Source: Eledone cirrhosa (taxonomy: Eukaryota). Taken from it: a stretch of 64,000 nt of DNA. Of the stretch, positions 57,394 to 64,000 are shown one piece after another; position 1 is the stretch's first letter, and the number at the start of each line of letters is the position of its first letter. A program made the translations under genes and the position numbers. Below the pieces are notes generated by a model that made no database searches, was not told where the DNA came from, and saw only the letters and a program-made list of their open reading frames with translations. The DNA is taken from positions 34,472,001 through 34,536,000 of the forward strand of contig OZ024751.1 of the NCBI GenBank assembly GCA_964016885.1, written 5' to 3'.

Positions 57394-58640
57394 CAGGAGA
57401 ACATGATATGAAGGCTAAAAAAACACTTGTTGATAGTGCAGTTTTAAATCAACATATGAAAAGTGGTTTTAGATTGATGTGTGATATTGGGAAAAATATT
57501 TTATTTAGAGAGGGGGGGAGAGAAAAGGATGAAAAGGGAAGGAGATGAGAGGGAGAGATGGGTGATAGAGAGAAAGAGATAGTTTTTATAACAGAGAGGA
57601 GATATATTTTATATAGAGGGGTTGAAAACCGTTGGAAGATACTGTATAAATTAAAAATTTTGAAAATTAACGAAGGGAGGATATGTGCGAGGAAAAAATA
57701 TATTATATTTAGGGAGGGGTGGGGGTGGAAAGGATGAAAAAAATGGGAGGAGATGAGAGTGAAGGTGGAAAGGGAGAGATGGGTGATAGAGAGAAAGAGA
57801 TAGTTTTTATAACTGAGAAAAAGATATAATGTTTTAATATAGAGAGGTTGGGAACCGTTGGAAGATAATGTATAAATTAAAGGAATTTGAAAATTAACGA
57901 AGGGAAATTATGTATGGAGATAGAGAGAAAAAAATAACGAAGGGAGATTATGTATGGAGATAGAGAGAAAAAAAATAATAATTGTGGGTGAATATTCAAA
58001 AGGAGAAATGTAGGAATTTTAAAATTAGCAAAGAGAAAAAGTTTATGTATAGGATTTGAGAAAAATAATGTGAAGTTAAAGTTTTTATATTGAATTCATA
58101 TGTATTAATAATGAGTTCGTTGATGGGGAGAAAAAAATAATAATAAATTAAGGATGAAATTGAGATTAAAAAGATTTATGATAGAGAGAAAAAATAATAA
58201 TGATTGCGGATGAATACTCAAAATGTCAAAAACAAATGTTATTGTTTTACGAGGAGATATAATGAGGGTGATGAGTAAACGGGTATTATAGAGTGTATAA
58301 TGCCCTTTAAAGTAAGGTAGATGGGTATATTTTAAAGAATATATGAGTATATATTAAAAAAAATATATAATAATAAATTAAGGATGAAATTGAGATTAAA
58401 AAGATTTATGATAGAGGGAAAAAAAAAAAAAAAAAAAATAATAATAATGATTGCGGATGAATATTCAAAATGTCAAAAACAAATGTTATTGTTTTACGAG
58501 AAGATAGGATGAGGTAAATGAGTAAACGAGTACTATAGAGTGTATAATGCCCTTTAAAGTAAGGTAGATGGGTATATTTTAAAGAGGTGTATGTATATGT
58601 GCCTTTGAGAAAAGATTCTAAATTGATAAAGAATTGAATA

Positions 58641-59447
58641 TTAACTGTATACTTTGTGAAAAGTTCTATGGAATTTATGCAGGCAGATGGAAAACAAATC
58701 CGAGCGTCTATTTATTATGGATTCTAGGTTAGAGATAATGGTAAATTTTTCATTTAGGCAGAGATTACAGATTTTAGATAGAGAACTGTTCAAGTACGAG
58801 GATGCAGAAGAAATCTTTTTCCAAAAGATGTTATATTTAATGTTTTTGTCTTTTAAGGACCATATGAGTTCTGAGAGAGCAGTGTTATTTCTTTTAAGTT
58901 TGTATTTGAAAGATGAATGATGATTATAGAGACGAGCTTTAAAAGAGGTGGAAGTGGAGCCAAAATAGGTGAAGGAGTTGGTGCTAGTTATAATTTTACA
59001 TTCATAAATTAAGTTTTTATCGAGGCAATGGTTGTTGAGAGGACATTTATTTTTAATGCGGCAGTTGCAATTAGAGAGATTATTAATGAGTGATCTAGTG
59101 TTATCTATAGAAGGAATTGGATTGGAGAAGTTGTTTGCGATAGGAATAATAGGAATAATAGTTTCTTGATTTAGAGTTGGATTATGAACATTTAGCGAAG
59201 TTGTGTTTGACGTTGCATTTGGGTTTACAGAAGTTAGCCTAGGGTTTACAATGACGTCAGGAGTACTATTATTGTTATTATGAGATTCAATATTGGAAGG
59301 AAGAGATTTAGTATTTAATATTTTGTTGTTGTGTTTAGAAATGATGTTGGAAATATTGGAGGATGTAGAATACGAAAATTTAATGGTGTGTTTGTTAAAT
59401 ATTTTACTATAGATATGTGAGGGAGGGAAGCATTTATTTAAGGCACT

Positions 59448-59450
<3 letters not shown>
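58641..59450 (-). CDS. C-terminal part of a Penelope-like element ORF (post-RT linker, CxC zinc knuckle, GIY-YIG endonuclease), 5'-truncated
   Basis: Manual translation gives a stop-free 810-nt frame: FSALNKCFPPSHIYSKIFNKHTIKFSYS...CNCRIKNKCPLNNHCLDKNLIYECKI...TYFGSTSTSFKARLYNHHSSFK...TALSELIWSLK...ICNLCLNEK...INRRSDLFSICLHK...VYS*. LIY/YFG is the GIY-YIG pair, followed by the catalytic R and Cys/His motifs. It has no start codon because it is cut by (TA)n at 59451. Confidence 0.9.
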
Positions 59451-59531
<81 letters not shown>

Positions 59532-59694
59532 AAATTAAGATAAATCAAAAATCAAAAATTAAGATAATCAAAAATTAAGATAAATCAAATGAATTTAATC
59601 TAAATCAAAATTATGGGTGTCATGCCAGAAAGACATGCGCCATATCACCCGCAAAATAAGGTCTAAGATTCTAACGAGTAGGTCCGAGCATTTT

Positions 59695-59975
59695 ATAACT
59701 AGAAATTGATTAACATATAAATAAACATGAGTAATCACAGGAGATAATTTTTACAAGTGTGTAACCACACATAGCTAGGTAGGTAACTAAATAAAGTTGA
59801 CCAGAACTTCAAAAATAAATACCTTATAATATGATTAATCATATTATAAGGTATCTATTTTTGAAGTTCTGGTCAACTTTATTTAGTTACCTACCTAGCT
59901 ATGTATGGTTACACACTTGTAAAAATTATCTCCTGTGATTATTCATGTTTATTTATATGTTAATCAATTTCTAGT

Positions 59976-59978
<3 letters not shown>
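59695..59978. repeat. Palindrome, 142-bp arms, no spacer, abutting (TA)n
   Basis: Centre atgatt|aatcat at 59836/59837, about 3 mismatches. Confidence 0.95.
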
Positions 59979-60062
<84 letters not shown>

Positions 60063-60979
60063 TATGTGTGTATGTATGTTTGTATGTGAATGCATATGTG
60101 TGTGTATATATGCATTTTGTTGAGTGTATATATGTATATGTGAGTGAGACTTTTCAGATGTGTGAAACCAATGAGAATGATATAACAGCAACATTGAAGG
60201 AATATTAAGAAATAATGAAGAAGATATGAGACGTAGAATGAGAGAAAAAGGAAGAGAGAAGGAGAATGTTGTTAATGAAATGATGAACAAAGCTCATCTT
60301 CCAGTGATGATACTTTGTTTTCATTTTCTCTCTTTCAGTTTCTAGGCTTTTCTTTAATTCTCTGTCACTTGGTTTTTCGATACAACGTTGATTAATATTA
60401 CTTAATAATAATAGTAACAGCAATAATAATAATATGGTAAAAATACAACAATAACAACTGCATCAACTACAGTAAAATTGTATGATTTAATTAACTTACA
60501 TTCTTTTCCAAGTAAGGAATCCAATTGGAAATTGGATTTAAAGAAAAAATATATAAAAGAAAGCCATAGTGTAACTTCTATATGGTGATAGCATTACTGT
60601 TGTTGTTGTGAGGTGAGGTTATTATTATTATTGTTGTTTTGTTTCAAGTAAGAGCAGACGATCTAACAAATGGTTTGAAGAACAAATTGGTTTTTTGAGC
60701 GAAAGAAAAGAACTTTATTGGAATAAAATGGCCGATATATTGCAATGGCTTTAAGCTGTCAAAGTAAACCGATGTTGACCATTGCTTAAAATACACATAA
60801 ACAACGACAGCCATTCAATAGGTAACGCCGTCCTCTCTCACCCCCTCTCTCTTTCTATATATATATATATCTTTCTATCTATCTATCTATCTTTATCTCT
60901 CTCTCTTTCTCTCTCTCTCTTTCACTCTCGCTTTCTTTCTCTCTCTCGCTCTCTCGCTCTCTCTCTCTCTCTCTCGCTT

Positions 60980-61056
<77 letters not shown>

Positions 61057-62854
61057 CTCGCTCTCTCTCTCTATCTCTATCTCTCTCTTGTTTTGTTTTT
61101 CTTCATTTGTCTCTTCTTTGCTGCTGCTTCTCTTAAACACACACGCATATATATGATGTTGTTGTATATGTGTGTATGAGCCTCTGTGTATCTGTTTGTG
61201 AGTGTGTGTATGTGTGGCTGTGTCTGTCTATATGTGTCTGTGTATGTGTGTGTCTGTCTGTGTGTGTCTGTTCGTATTTTTGTCGTTGAACATTTATTTT
61301 TGTATTTTTTTGTCTTACTTTAATTTTTATTCTTTTTCAAGTAATATTTTTTTCTTTTCTCCAATTCCTTATGTCATTGGAATTATACATGGCTTCTGCA
61401 ATCATGTATCTTCGCCTATTTCTCTCTCTACCCCCTCCCTATCTCTCTCTCTCTCTCATACACGTACACGCACACAGGCAGATACATACACACGCATATA
61501 TATATATATATAGTGTGTGTGTGTGTGTGTGTGTATGTGTGTAGATATGTGTACCAATATACTACTATAATCTGAGTTATAAATGTGGCACACATATAAT
61601 TGCCTCTATCATCATCATCGTCATCATTATTATCATCATCATCATCACCTTGATCTTGCTCACACACATATAAACACATTCTTATGAAAATTACAACGAA
61701 CCTATACATAAACACACCACAAATTTGTCATAGTTCTTAGTCTCCACCGTTCCCGCCTCTTCCACCATGTACATCACCGCCACCGTATAGACAGCACCAA
61801 CACCACCTCCATCACCAACAACACCGCCTCCATCACCATCAGCACCACCTTCATCACCAACACCACCATCAGCACCACCTCCAACACCAACATCACCAGA
61901 AAGACTACATCACTAACTACTCCGCCATTGCAAACGCGTCTTGCTACCATGAATACAAATGATCAACATCGCCAAAACCAACCGAAATACAAAATATACC
62001 ATTACCAACACCACCACCATCAACACCTATACCCACACTACAACCATCGACAAAAACACCATCACTCTGACCAATACTACCGCCACCACCACCATTGCCA
62101 GCCACACTACCACCATCACCAACACTAACACTACCATCATCACCATAGTAAAGAACAGCAACACCACTACAACTACCAACACGCACATGACCAGTACTTT
62201 CGCCTATACTACATATACCATCACCAAATCCAAATCTGAACAACAAAAGTGTAATCCTCTGTATATTAAGAGAATACAGATTGGTTTTAGGGGCTTCGGA
62301 TTGATAACATTCCACTGCAGATAATCCCTATATTTAAGGGCTGCAGATTAAGAAATGTTCCATTACAGCTAATCTCTATGTTTAACAGCAAACTAACTTG
62401 TTACAGCAACACCATCAACAGGCCTTATATAGTAGCGAACAATACTGCATATACACTTATCCGCCTACTTACATATATATGGATGTGTGCAAGAGTATAT
62501 GTTGGAGGTAATAGTTATCGCATGTCAATATATATATATATTTGTTTGTGTGTGTGACTGAGGTTGTATATTGAATCTTATAGAAAATGTTCATGCAAAT
62601 AAACATTTTTGTAGCCCAGCTGTGAATTTTAAAAGTAATCATTTATTCACCACTGGTCTTTAGCAACCTAGGGAGAGCACCATGATAGCACAGTTTCCGG
62701 TTCTTTAGCCGTCGTCAGAGAGGCTGACTCCTCTTGGGTACTAAGACGAAGATAATCGAAAAGCTTATAGTTTTTATGCTTATATATATATATATATACA
62801 CACATGTATATCTATATACACACACACACACACACATCTATATATATACAGATG

Positions 62855-62904
<50 letters not shown>

Positions 62905-64000
62905 CTATTTTAATGACTTGCATTTCTCTGTCGTATGAGTAAATTTCTACATAACCAGCTTAATCTAATGAAAGAGCACAAACCTTAGAAATTAGGTACG
63001 AATTATTCAGTCAGCTAGCGAACAAAACCAAAAGTACAAAATGGAAGAAAGAACAGTTTTTCCCACTCACGCTTTTGTATCTTTTCTCTGTTGATGTTTC
63101 TATTTTTAAAGTGGTCCTGAATATTTTCTGCTTTCATTTTGTTCCTATATTTTTTATTCGTTTTGTATGTGTGACTCTGCTCGTTTCTCTTTTTTTTTCC
63201 TAACTTTGTTTTCTAGTTATCCATTTATTTACCAATATCAGCGATATTATTATTATCATTATTATTATTATTGTTATTATTATTACAATTGCTATTATTG
63301 CCGTTGTTGCGATATCTTATTTTGTTATCGATTTAAAGGTATCTGTTTTTCATCTGCTACTTTCACCACAAAGGTCGGCAAACAGTTGGAGAAATCGACA
63401 GACAGGAGGTGGGTGCTGTGTTGGTGGAAGGATTGTATTTGAGATGGATGAATGGCAAGAGAGTGTGTGTGAAGGTGTGTGAGAGTGTGTGTGTGTGAGA
63501 TGGAAGGTGTGTGTGTGAAGGTGTGTGAGAGATGGAAGGTGTGAGTGTGAAGTGTTGGTAGGAATACAAGGAGAAAATATGAGGTGGGAAGGGGGGACAA
63601 ATGAAAGAAAAATAAAAAAGAGAAAAAATAGAACAATAGGAAATAGAATCGAACGACAACAAAAACAAAAATACAGAAAAAAAATCTGCGAAAAAAATGT
63701 AGAAAGAAAAAATTCTCAGAGAACAAAGTGAAAGAAATAGAACGATTTCATGGAAGGAAATGAGTATATGTAAGTTATGTGTATATGTGTATGTCTGTGT
63801 ATGTATTTGTGTGTACGTGTATATGTGTGTGTATATGTGTGTGTATGTGTATGTGTGTGTGCGTATGCGTGTGTGCGTATATATGTGTGTATGTGTGTGT
63901 GTGTGTGTGGCAGTTTAAAAGAATGCAAATGAAGGAATGTGCTAATGGTGGGAAGAAGGTTGCTGAAAAGGGGAATAAAAATGTTAAAGAATGAGAAGAA

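Larger units (their letters stand above)
57290..59450 (-). mobile_element. 5'-truncated Penelope-like retroelement with C-terminal endonuclease, inserted in (TA)n
   Basis: GIY-YIG frame, then about 1.35 kb of 3' region with internal direct repeats (about 57535-57690 vs 57770-57910, and 58140-58340 vs 58370-58585), a terminal hammerhead, and (TA)n on both sides. Confidence 0.85.

Noticed and set aside
58687-58920. 77-aa plus-strand ORF
   Set aside because: Antisense shadow of the minus-strand GIY-YIG frame.
62685-62725. CTGACGA-cgg...ccg-GAAAC on the minus strand
   Set aside because: Stem II is plausible, but there is no valid cleavage triplet or stem I.

Overview
AT-rich, microsatellite-saturated eukaryotic non-coding DNA. 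The SINE and repeat complement suggests a coleoid cephalopod, probably Octopus (inference). No host protein-coding gene can be supported, and almost every ORF in the supplied track is a translated microsatellite. The real content is mobile DNA: (i) a 5'-truncated Penelope-like element (PLE) at about 57290-59450 (-) with an unbroken 270-codon GIY-YIG frame that the ORF track missed; (ii) a 1.9-kb non-autonomous Helitron; (iii) RTE, R4/Dong and Gypsy remnants; (iv) about 10 copies of a tRNA-derived SINE; (v) a 1.4-kb minisatellite; (vi) a 1.3-kb tandem duplication. The main finding is a set of 8 palindromes (arms 20-290 bp), mostly embedded in (TA)n, and about 10 type-I hammerhead ribozyme motifs from 6 different sequence families. 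The hammerheads share a palindromic stem III and usually an AATAAA immediately downstream, and three palindromes carry a hammerhead in each arm (one per strand). One hairpin-capped family shows copy-specific variants mirrored in both arms, which points to snap-back synthesis at each insertion. All structures were read by eye; no folding or database search was run.
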